NCBI GenBank assembly: GCA_035539155.1
Contig: DATLIZ010000041.1
Location: forward strand, 135,776 to 199,775
DNA: 64,000 nucleotides
DNA from: Aliidongia sp.
GTDB lineage: Bacteria > Pseudomonadota > Alphaproteobacteria > ATCC43930 > CGMCC-115725
Direction: 5' to 3'
Below, piece by piece: positions 48,601 through 56,739 of the stretch. A model generated the notes under the pieces. That model saw only the letters and a list, made by a program, of their open reading frames with translations. It was not told the origin of the DNA and did no database searches. How positions within the stretch are numbered: the stretch's first letter is position 1; every line of letters starts with the position of its first letter. The translations under genes and the position numbers were made by a program.

Positions 48601-48915
48601 GACGGCGAGACCTTCGCCGCCGGCATCAAGGCGCTGAAGCTCGCCCCCCTCATCGGCCGCCGCACCGCCGGCGCCGGCGTCTGGCTCAGCGACAATGTGA
48701 GATTCGTCGACCGCGGCTCCGCCCGCGTCGCCGAGGACGCGCAATACGCCATCGGCACCGGCGAATGGCTGGTCGAGGGCAAGGGGGTGGAGCCCGACAT
48801 CGATGTCGAGAACCCGCCCAACGCGACGTTCAAGGGCGGCGACGCACAGCTGGAGGCGGCGATCAAGCTGCTGCAGGAGGAGATGGTGAAGGAGCCGGTT
48901 AAGGCGCTGCGGTAG
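45613..48915 (+). CDS. tricorn protease homolog (beta-propeller + PDZ + S41 peptidase)
   Basis: 1100 aa with a signal peptide. Repeated PDG/SPDG WD-like propeller blades are followed by a C-terminal S41-type region. An unusual KD-rich insertion lies at residues ~550-585. Confidence 0.8.
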   Translation: MKLRRLAVSLAALCTVLAGPALAEGYFRYPTLAGDTVLFTAEGDLWSVPLAGGRAARLTTHPAEETNAVASPDGKEVAFSAAYDGPIEVYVMPVAGGRPRRVSFEGNRSVAVGWTPSGEVLYSTQSANGPSDQRVIVAVDPKSLKRHTLPLADANDAAVSLDGKSVYFTRFGLAVSNDNARFYRGGLLSRLWRFGLDGAHEAEPLPVTDKANDRRPMPLGDRVYFLSDRDGPDNLWSMNADGGDRRQLTHYTDFGIRSASLAQGRIVYQLGADLHVYDAITDTDKTLAIDLASDFDQERPHAVKNPLDFYEAAHFAPDGEHVAVTALGHVALMGVGPLRRVEVATRPESRARGAVVSPDGKWVYAFSETGDANEIWRFAADGSPDRKQLTKDAAGFRTDLWPAPDGKSLAHATADGKLFLLDLGSGDNQLIDTATGADLDTVVWSADSKHLAFVRSDSDVERAQLFLYEPATKTKQRLTTDKYESKAPAFTPDGKWLYFLSDRHFESRNHAPWGDRNLGPYFDRRAQIYALALQADERFPFLPKTELTQDDKKDADKKDSDKKDGDKDKKDDKKSEDKKADDKPGHDAGPAIEWNGLADRLYEVPMAPGNFEALETDGKRLYVLDDDGGGEHKVLKTLPIEDKDPKPVDFLGNVRDFTLSGDRKKIFVRRWAPSDKIGDMLILDAGAKAPGDLDPAKVRTDGWTLEVDPREEWREIFADAWRLHRDFFYDAKLHDLDWARVRAKYAPLVERVTDRSELNDVLGQMMAELGALHSQIIPGDLRKAQDGGQPGFLGARLEREAEGYRIAHIFRTDPELPNDRAPLARPGTDAKEGDLVTAVNGRPATDGDDIALLLANQAGQQVLLTLKRGDRQVKTIVTAIDARGESSLRYSDWEEERRAKVLAAGQGKVGYLHLRAMGPEDIATFAREFYAQYDRDALIIDVRRNNGGNIDSWVIEKLLRRAWAFWKPRLGTRHGTNMQQTFRGHLAVLIDERTYSDGETFAAGIKALKLAPLIGRRTAGAGVWLSDNVRFVDRGSARVAEDAQYAIGTGEWLVEGKGVEPDIDVENPPNATFKGGDAQLEAAIKLLQEEMVKEPVKALR
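47261..47363 (+). repeat. degenerate 9-nt-periodic repeat (gacaagaaR) encoding a DKKD/DKKDS low-complexity insert in the tricorn-like protease
   Basis: Protein segment DDKKDADKKDSDKKDGDKDKKDDKKSEDKKADDK. Confidence 0.6.
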
Positions 48916-49003
48916 GGGGTGGACGGTAGGTAGTGAGTTCAGATGTCACGACAAGGACCCATTTCTTCTTGCGTGCTCACGGCCCGTATTCTATGTCCGC
49001 ACA

Positions 49004-49468
49004 ATGCCGTCTACTGCTCCCTCTCACCAGCCACACCGCCCGGATTTCTCGGACGTTACGCCTGGACGTCGGCGCAATATGCAGGCAAACGTTGGCAAGA
49101 ATACAAAGCCGGAAATGTTTATCCGGAGGATTCTTCATGCGATGGGATACCGCTATCGTCTGCATGTCAAAGGAATGCCGGGGAAACCCGACATTGTCTT
49201 CTCGGCACGCCGCAAGATCGTGGAAATTCGTGGTTGCTTCTGGCATGGGCACGGATGCTTCCCGATCGGACAGTTACCGAAAAGCCGTACTGAATATTGG
49301 TCTCCGAAAATAGCCGGCAATCAAGCTCGGGATGCCCTAAATATCGCTGCCTTACGCGCGGATGGATGGGAAGTCCTAGAGCTGTGGGAGTGCAGAATAC
49401 GAGCCGCGCCGGACGACGTTGCCAACGAGCTTGTGGCGTTCCTGGGTTCTACTAGCGTACAGGGTTGA
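49004..49468 (+). CDS. vsr: very-short-patch repair endonuclease
   Basis: Motifs GKPDIVF, RGCFWHGHGC, PKSRTEYWSPKIAGNQARD and GWEVLELWEC align with E. coli Vsr. It sits adjacent to an m5C methyltransferase. Confidence 0.85.
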   Translation: MPSTAPSHQPHRPDFSDVTPGRRRNMQANVGKNTKPEMFIRRILHAMGYRYRLHVKGMPGKPDIVFSARRKIVEIRGCFWHGHGCFPIGQLPKSRTEYWSPKIAGNQARDALNIAALRADGWEVLELWECRIRAAPDDVANELVAFLGSTSVQG

Positions 49469-49546
49469 AATCGGAAAGCCGCACGGCGAAATGTTCATAA
49501 ACGGGCCGGAAACAAGAATTTTTTGGAATCCAGACCAGTGGGCCGC

Positions 49547-50572
49547 TCATATCGGGTAGGTCGGCAGCGAATCCAGAATCAGCTGAGCTGTGTCTCGGGG
49601 ACTGAGGGCCATGTAAAGCTGATCAATCGCCTTGCTCGGCGTCCCACCGGCGAGAAGCGATATCATCGACGCCGCCTTGTACCGGCCCGCAACATCACTG
49701 CCTTTCGTCGTCTCAAGATGGGCGTGAAATTTAATGGCAGGCCCGCGGAGCACATAGCCGATGATGAATTTTAGGACGTTCGCCTCGAACAAGGCCTGAT
49801 ATAGACGGTCGCTGCGAGTACTGGTCTTGACAGCGATAGCAAACAGGAAGTTCCGACCTTCGAGCGATGATTGGATGTCTTGCCATGCTGTTTCCAAGCG
49901 TTGCTGACTGGCGTACGATAAGTCTGACAATGGCGTCATGAAATTCTGATAGCCGGGCGGCATGGGGTCCGGCATTCGCAACCCAAGAATATCCGGAGTA
50001 CTCAGCTTAAGCTCCATACCATCCAATTGGAGGGCTTGATCGAACGCCGCATATGCCGCACGGGCCGATTGATTGAGCAGCTTGGTAGTATCGGCACCGC
50101 GAGACATCTTCACGATTGCGATCTTCCGGGCAGGCGTCGGGATCGCGTGGGGCGGCTGAGTGAATGTAGTGGATGACCACACTCCTGTATCCATGAAGAC
50201 ATTCCAGGCCGCAGCGGCGTTCCAGAGCGCAGCAGCCTCCATTATCTCGTATATATCGCCGTCCACCTTGGCTGCTTGCTGTTTCGAAACCCGGAAACCC
50301 GTGGCGAAGTTGATTTCTCCGGCCAGTTTCACATTGTGCAGGGCCTGCATCCTGTAAACCCGGGAATGTCTCGACGGGTCGGGATCACCTTCAGACCCGG
50401 GAACAAACTCACCAAATGCGCAATCCATCATCCTTTGTTGTACTATCTGAAACTCAGTTTCCCGGTCTTTGACCCGGTTGACCCGCGTGTCGATCAAGCA
50501 GCCCGTTCCAGCAGCATGGCAAGCAGTGCAGATAGCGGTTCTTGTTGCGAGATCGGGGAACTCGTAGGGCAT
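49547..50572 (-). CDS. putative type II restriction endonuclease (family not recognisable)
   Basis: 341-aa ORF whose ATG overlaps the TAA of the upstream C-protein gene (TAATG). It is divergent from an m5C MTase and next to vsr, which is the canonical C-R / M layout. No PD-(D/E)XK or HNH motif could be assigned by eye; there is a CxxCH..C cluster near the N-terminus. Confidence 0.45.
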   Translation of the reverse strand: MPYEFPDLATRTAICTACHAAGTGCLIDTRVNRVKDRETEFQIVQQRMMDCAFGEFVPGSEGDPDPSRHSRVYRMQALHNVKLAGEINFATGFRVSKQQAAKVDGDIYEIMEAAALWNAAAAWNVFMDTGVWSSTTFTQPPHAIPTPARKIAIVKMSRGADTTKLLNQSARAAYAAFDQALQLDGMELKLSTPDILGLRMPDPMPPGYQNFMTPLSDLSYASQQRLETAWQDIQSSLEGRNFLFAIAVKTSTRSDRLYQALFEANVLKFIIGYVLRGPAIKFHAHLETTKGSDVAGRYKAASMISLLAGGTPSKAIDQLYMALSPRDTAQLILDSLPTYPI

Positions 50573-50823
50573 TAAGTTCCCCCCGCCCCTGTGCTCTGTT
50601 TCCGCGCGATCTCGCGGGCAGTCGCAAAAATTACATCAAGGTCTGCACCGAGTGCGTCGGCAACCTGTTGAAGGATTTTCAGCGAAGGATTACGACGGCC
50701 ACGTTCGATTCCGGATACGTAGGTCCGATCCAAAGACGCTCGATCGGCGAGGTCTTCTTGGCTCAATCTGAGGAGCGTCCGGTGCTGCCGCACCGAGGCG
50801 CCGAAATATCTGGCAAGATCCAA
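50572..50823 (-). CDS. restriction-modification controller (C) protein, XRE-type HTH
   Basis: 83 aa; LSQEDLADRASLDRTYVSGIERGRRNPSLKILQQVADALGADLDVIF closely follows the C.PvuII/C.AhdI family pattern (LSQEELA..RTYIS.IERG.RN). It has a TTG start and is translationally coupled to the downstream ORF. Confidence 0.8.
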   Translation of the reverse strand: MDLARYFGASVRQHRTLLRLSQEDLADRASLDRTYVSGIERGRRNPSLKILQQVADALGADLDVIFATAREIARKQSTGAGGT

Positions 50824-50884
50824 CGGCGACTCGACGAAACAATTTGGACAAGTTTCGTAGGCTCACTGGAAGGCAGCGACCACG

Positions 50885-50940
50885 GACTATGAGTCACTTG
50901 GAAAAATATTTTTCCCAAGATAGCTAGTCATCCGGTGACT
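50885..50940. promoter_or_regulatory. candidate C-box operator/divergent promoter region (GACTATGAGTC; 23-bp AT-rich palindrome CTTGGAAAAATATTTTTCCCAAG; AGTCATCCGGTGACT)
   Basis: GACT-N3-AGTC resembles C-box half-sites. It is located ~60-115 bp upstream of the C gene within the 239-bp divergent intergenic region shared with the MTase gene. Confidence 0.45.
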
Positions 50941-51062
50941 GCCCACAGCCAACGTCGACGCCGAGATTGCGGCGCCAAAAACGAGCATATAAGGTTTAGA
51001 CCATCGGAGGGATGGGACTCTTTAGGCTCGCCACTCCGCCGGTGCCAAGGAGGGCGAACGCG

Positions 51063-52325
51063 ATGAGAAAATTGCAGGCGGTTTCACTGTTCGCCGGGTG
51101 TGGCGGTTTCTGCGAAGGCATGGAACTGGCCGGGATCGAAGTGAAAGTCGCCGTCGAGTGGGATAAGTATTCTTGCGAGACTTATCGCGCAAATTTCCCC
51201 CGGACGCCGCTATTCGAAGGCGATGTACACGATTTCCTTGCCGGGGATGGCGATGCGCACCGAAAGGAATACGGGCTGGGGGCTATCGATCTCGTGTTCG
51301 GCGGACCACCATGCCAGGGCTATAGCCAAATCGGCCCTCGCGATCTCACGGACGACCGCAACGAGCTTTACCTCCAATATGCACGAGTCGTGGGTACGCT
51401 GAAGCCACGCATGTTTCTTATGGAAAATGTTCCGAATCTGCTGCTGATGAAAAAGGGACATTTTAAGGACGCCATCCTGAAGCACTTCGCAAGTATGGGC
51501 TACAGCAACACAACGTTCTTGAAGGTCAGCGCGGCCGATTTCGGCGTGCCTCAGACCAGGGAACGAGTATTCTTTTTTGGGAGCCGGGATGACATCGATA
51601 TACCCGTCGATCTGCGCGCGTATGCCAATGGCGTGCTTGAAAAGCTAAAGGTCGCCAAACCCGTGACGGTTTGGGAGGCAATCGGTGATCTGCCGTCCGA
51701 AGTCGTCCACTCCGGCAAGACAATGCCATACCCCGCTGCTAAGAACTTATCTTCGTTCCAGAAGCTGATGCGTCTCGATGAAAGCCTAGCCCCCTACTCA
51801 CAGGCTACCAAACGGAAGCGCGCTCTCGGCAAGGCCAAAGCTGAGCTGCACAATCATCACACCAAGGAAATGCTTAGCAAACGGGCGCATCTTATTTCGT
51901 TCTTAAAGCCCGGCATGAAGGCTGACTCACTACCAAAGGAAATATGGGATGGCGCACGCCCCGAAAAGTGGCGCCGGCTACACCCGGATTTGCCAAGCTA
52001 CACGATCCTGGCACAGATGCACCGTGATTTGAGCGAATGGGTTCACCCGAAACTTGAGCGTTGGATCACCGTGCGTGAGGCGGCACGCCTGCAGTCCTTC
52101 CACGACGGCTTCATTTTCAAATCTTCCGAATGGCAGATGTTGAAGCAAATTGGAAACGCTGTCCCCCCACTCCTGGCATTCGCGGCAGGCAAAATGGTGA
52201 CCGCTATCCTTGAGGCAGCTGACGGGGCGGTAATCGCCGATCTAATGCCCGCGCAAAAACTGGTGCCGATCCAGCGGCGACAAGTGCGCAGCAGCCGGCG
52301 CATCACTGAGGATGCTGCGCTATGA
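51063..52325 (+). CDS. dcm: DNA (cytosine-5)-methyltransferase
   Basis: Motif I SLFAGCGGF, motif IV GGPPCQGYS (the PCQ catalytic Cys), motif VI ENV, and motifs QTRERVFF and GNAV. Start at MRKLQAVSLF after an AAGGAGGG RBS. Confidence 0.9.
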   Translation: MRKLQAVSLFAGCGGFCEGMELAGIEVKVAVEWDKYSCETYRANFPRTPLFEGDVHDFLAGDGDAHRKEYGLGAIDLVFGGPPCQGYSQIGPRDLTDDRNELYLQYARVVGTLKPRMFLMENVPNLLLMKKGHFKDAILKHFASMGYSNTTFLKVSAADFGVPQTRERVFFFGSRDDIDIPVDLRAYANGVLEKLKVAKPVTVWEAIGDLPSEVVHSGKTMPYPAAKNLSSFQKLMRLDESLAPYSQATKRKRALGKAKAELHNHHTKEMLSKRAHLISFLKPGMKADSLPKEIWDGARPEKWRRLHPDLPSYTILAQMHRDLSEWVHPKLERWITVREAARLQSFHDGFIFKSSEWQMLKQIGNAVPPLLAFAAGKMVTAILEAADGAVIADLMPAQKLVPIQRRQVRSSRRITEDAAL

Positions 52326-53590
52326 CCGGTATAGATGCCACAGAAGACGAGATCAAATCGGCGGCCGAAGATGCTGCCGCCGAGAGCGAAGCTAAGCCAG
52401 AGACGAGTGCCGCAGCACTGGCTGACACCGCCCGCGCCGCCGACTGGTTTGAGGGTGAGCAGGAGGAAGATGCTTCAGCGTCATTCAAAGACTACGAGGT
52501 CACCGCATCGCCCAACGACTTTAATATCACCACGATCGTTAACTTCGTTAAGTCCGGTGCGGTGAAGATCCCCGGGTTTCAGCGAAATTATGTGTGGGAT
52601 ATTAAGCAGGCTAGCAGGCTGATCGAATCCATCTTGATTGGTCTGCCAATTCCACAGATCTTCCTCTACCAGGAAGCCAAGAACAGCTTCCTCGTGGTTG
52701 ACGGTCAGCAGCGCCTGATGTCGATTTATTATTTCGTTGAGGGAAAGTTTCCTAAGGTCTCTAAGCGGCCTAACTTGCGCAGGATCATGTCCGAGAACGG
52801 CAAGTTGCCAGACGCAATCCTCGGGGACGACCAGTACTTCACAAAATTCAATCTTCAGCTGGCTTCCAAGACAGGCCCGTCATCTCGTTTCCATGGGCAG
52901 AACTTCGCGACGCTCGGAGAGAATCAGATGGACTTCAATCTCCGAACGATCCGAAACGTGGTTATCAAACAGAATTCGCCGCAGGAAGAACCAGACACTT
53001 CCGTGTTCGAGATTTTTAACCGACTAAACACCGGTGGCGTGAACCTCCGCCCGCAAGAGATCCGATCCAGTTTGTATCACTCTGACTTCCTAAACGCCCT
53101 CAACCGAGTGAATCTCTCTCCGATATGGCGCAAGCTTATAGGGCTGCCAGACCCAGACTTACATGACAAGGACGTGGAGATCCTATTGAGGGTGTTTGCG
53201 CTCGTCGCCGATGGAGACCGATATACGGAGCCTATGAGCACGTTCTTGAATGGATTCGCTAAAAAGGCCCGTTTGACGCCAGCGCCAGTCATCGAATACA
53301 TGGAAAGGCTGTTTGCAGCATTCTTCGAACGAGTAAAGGATATTCCAAGCGAGAGCTTCGCTGTAACGAAATCGGGCCGCTTCAATATCGCCGCATTCGA
53401 AGGCATTTTCCGCGCCGTTTGCACGCCTGCGTTCAAGGCAAATAACCTCGAAATCCCGACAATGACCGCTGCCCAGTTGCTGGCCGTACGCGATGATCCG
53501 GAATTTCTTGCTGCCACTCAGCAGGGGGTCGGACGTACTACTTTCGTCAAACAGAGGGTTGAACGGGCCACGGCGATACTAGGGGTATAA
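52322..53590 (+). CDS. DUF262 domain protein (ParB/Srx-like NTPase-nuclease fold, DGQQR motif; GmrSD N-terminal-like) lacking a DUF1524/HNH C-terminal domain
   Basis: 422 aa with FLVVDGQQRLMSIYYF (the DGQQR signature). Its start ATG overlaps the dcm stop (ATGA). The C-terminal 150 aa is helical with no His-Me finger motif. Confidence 0.8.
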   Translation: MTGIDATEDEIKSAAEDAAAESEAKPETSAAALADTARAADWFEGEQEEDASASFKDYEVTASPNDFNITTIVNFVKSGAVKIPGFQRNYVWDIKQASRLIESILIGLPIPQIFLYQEAKNSFLVVDGQQRLMSIYYFVEGKFPKVSKRPNLRRIMSENGKLPDAILGDDQYFTKFNLQLASKTGPSSRFHGQNFATLGENQMDFNLRTIRNVVIKQNSPQEEPDTSVFEIFNRLNTGGVNLRPQEIRSSLYHSDFLNALNRVNLSPIWRKLIGLPDPDLHDKDVEILLRVFALVADGDRYTEPMSTFLNGFAKKARLTPAPVIEYMERLFAAFFERVKDIPSESFAVTKSGRFNIAAFEGIFRAVCTPAFKANNLEIPTMTAAQLLAVRDDPEFLAATQQGVGRTTFVKQRVERATAILGV

Positions 53591-53595
53591 CTCCG

Positions 53596-54219
53596 GTGAG
53601 CGTCGCTGCGATCGAAGCTTTCTACCGCGGGAACGTCGAGCTGATTGAGTTCCTTCTCGCGAACGAGCAACTGTCCTATGCTTCTGATGCGGCTGATAAT
53701 TTTAGGCGATCCCTCGTCATTGCTATTGGAAGCTTTTTCGAGGGAGAGATCTCCGACATTGTGCGCCAGCTTCCATTCCACCATGCTAACGGAAACGCGT
53801 TCCTTACTTCGTTGATCGAGAGAAAGGCGGTGAGCCGGCAATACCATACGTATTTTGATTGGGAAAACTCGAGCGCTAACAGTTTCTTCTCGATGTTCGG
53901 GGCCGAATATAAAGCAGCATGCCAGAGGAAGCTCAACGACGAGCCCTCATTCAAATCGGCCGTCCAAGCGTTCCTAAGCCTTGGGGCAACCCGCAATCAA
54001 ATCGCTCATAAAAATTATGTCTCGTTCAATGTAGATAAGACGCCTGAGGATATAGTTAAAGAGTTCCGACAGGCGTTAACATTTGTAGAATACGTGCGAG
54101 CAAGCCTATTACCACCCAAACAGCCAAATTCAGCTGAGCAATCTGGTTACCCGGCAGGGGGTGCGCAAAATAATGCTGGTGGTTCCAGAGATTCTGAATC
54201 TGGCAGGATATCACCATAA
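53596..54219 (+). CDS. HEPN-domain protein (Rx4H motif: GATRNQIAH), MAE_28990-like
   Basis: 207 aa with a GTG start 6 nt after the DUF262 stop (AGGGG RBS). All-alpha composition with a conserved Arg-x4-His in the C-terminal half, as in HEPN RNases. Confidence 0.65.
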   Translation: MSVAAIEAFYRGNVELIEFLLANEQLSYASDAADNFRRSLVIAIGSFFEGEISDIVRQLPFHHANGNAFLTSLIERKAVSRQYHTYFDWENSSANSFFSMFGAEYKAACQRKLNDEPSFKSAVQAFLSLGATRNQIAHKNYVSFNVDKTPEDIVKEFRQALTFVEYVRASLLPPKQPNSAEQSGYPAGGAQNNAGGSRDSESGRISP

Positions 54220-54333
54220 GGACGCTCGTCTTGGCATCTCGTGATCTCGTTAGTAGTTCATTCAGAAAGTGGGCGCCCGCAGCAACCCGACGGGCAGTGC
54301 CTACGACAGCGGAATAGACTGGCTTCACACCCC

Positions 54334-54975
54334 CTACCCCGCATCCCCCTGCCGCATCGGATGCGCCCGCGCGAACGCGTCCAGCCCCAGACACTCCCGC
54401 CCGATTCGCCTCACCGTCGGATAGGCCTCCATCGCCACCCCCAGATCCTCGGCCATCACCAGCTGCGGCACGAGGCAGATGTCGGCGAGGCCGGGCTCGT
54501 CGCCCTGGCAGAAGCGGCCGGTGCGGTCGTCCTCGGCCAGCAGCGCCTCGCAGGCGGCGAGGCCGTCCGCCGTCCAGTGCCGGCACCAGGTCTCGACCGT
54601 CGGCTTGTCGTGGCCGAGCGGGGTCCTGAGATAGCGCATGACGCGGAGTGTCACCAGCGGGTGGATATCGGAGGCCAGGAGCTGGGCCAGGCCGCGGACG
54701 CGCGCCCGGTCGCCCGGATGGCCGGGCAGGAAGGGCGGGTTCGGGTGGGTCTCGTCGAGATATTCGATGATCGCGAGCGACTGGCCCAGCACCTCGCCGC
54801 CCTCATCCTCCAGCACCGGCACGAAGCCCTGCGGGTTGAGGTCGAGGAATTCCGGCGCCCGGTGCGCGTTCTGGCGCAGGTCGAGCGAAGCCGTCTCGTA
54901 CTCGATGCCCTTCAAGTTGAGCGCGATGCGGACGCGGAAGGCGGCCGGCGAGCGGAAATAGCTATGGAGCTTCAC
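54334..54975 (-). CDS. maiA: maleylacetoacetate isomerase (zeta-class GST)
   Basis: 213 aa with a MKLHSYFRSPAAFRVRIALNLKG N-terminus and zeta-GST motifs. Confidence 0.85.
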   Translation of the reverse strand: MKLHSYFRSPAAFRVRIALNLKGIEYETASLDLRQNAHRAPEFLDLNPQGFVPVLEDEGGEVLGQSLAIIEYLDETHPNPPFLPGHPGDRARVRGLAQLLASDIHPLVTLRVMRYLRTPLGHDKPTVETWCRHWTADGLAACEALLAEDDRTGRFCQGDEPGLADICLVPQLVMAEDLGVAMEAYPTVRRIGRECLGLDAFARAHPMRQGDAG

Positions 54976-54987
54976 CCCGCCCTCGCC

Positions 54988-56073
<1,086 letters not shown>

Positions 56074-56176
56074 GACGAGGCTCCTTCGAAAATGGCTGGT
56101 TCGATATATAGTTTCAGATGAAACTTTTGGCCAGCCCCTTGACCGTGCGGCGAACGGCTCCGCAGAATGGTTGCGC

Positions 56177-56689
56177 ATGAAACAAATTTCGGACACGCAA
56201 GCACCTGTCCCCGATGATCGGGATCTGCTCGATCTGGAGCGCTTCCTGCCCTATCGGCTGTCGGTGCTGTCGAACCGCATCTCCACCGCCATCGCCCGCG
56301 TCTATGAGCAGCGGTTCGGCCTGTCGATTCCGGAATGGCGCCTGATCGCCGTGCTCGGCCGCTTCGGCCCGCTCTCGGCCAACGGCGTCGCCGAGCGCAC
56401 CTATATGGACAAGGTCCGGGTCAGCCGCGCGGTCCAGCGGCTGCTCCAGCGCGGCCTCATCGAGCGCGCGATGGACGGCGCCGACCGCCGCCGCTCGATC
56501 CTGCAACTCTCGGCCGAGGGCCGCACCATCCGCGCCGAGGTGGCGCCGCTGGCGCTCGACATCGAGCGTGGGCTGCTGACCGCGCTTTCCAGGACCGACC
56601 GCGCCGAGCTCGACCGGCTGCTGGGCCTACTCGATGCCGGTGCGGGGCAACTTATGCCTGTAGACGAAGCCAGCGCCAAATCCTCTTGA
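56177..56689 (+). CDS. MarR family transcriptional regulator (divergent from hppD)
   Basis: 170 aa; LSIPEWRLIAVLGRFGPLSANGVAERTYMDKVRVSRAVQRL winged helix. Confidence 0.8.
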   Translation: MKQISDTQAPVPDDRDLLDLERFLPYRLSVLSNRISTAIARVYEQRFGLSIPEWRLIAVLGRFGPLSANGVAERTYMDKVRVSRAVQRLLQRGLIERAMDGADRRRSILQLSAEGRTIRAEVAPLALDIERGLLTALSRTDRAELDRLLGLLDAGAGQLMPVDEASAKSS

Positions 56690-56739
56690 TTTAGAATAAA
56701 TTCGATAAGATCCTCGACCCGTTTCTACCGTGAGGATCC

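Larger units (their letters stand above)
48930..54240. other. lower-GC genomic island (defence island: vsr, C-controlled R-M, DUF262, HEPN)
   Basis: A marked, visible drop in GC content and codon G/C3 bias relative to flanks. Gene content is exclusively restriction/defence-related, and it sits between two housekeeping genes (tricorn-like protease and maiA). No integrase, tRNA or flanking repeats were recognised. Confidence 0.6.

Noticed and set aside
44707-48744. 1345-aa ORF antisense to the tricorn-like protease gene
   Set aside because: Low-complexity Gly/Ala/Arg/Asp composition; the opposite strand encodes a well-supported protease.
48930-54240. Integrase, transposase or tRNA flanking the defence island
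   Set aside because: I searched both borders by eye for DDE/tyrosine-recombinase ORFs, tRNA-like GC-rich cloverleaf sequence and direct repeats and found none. The island is therefore reported as a compositional/gene-content island only.
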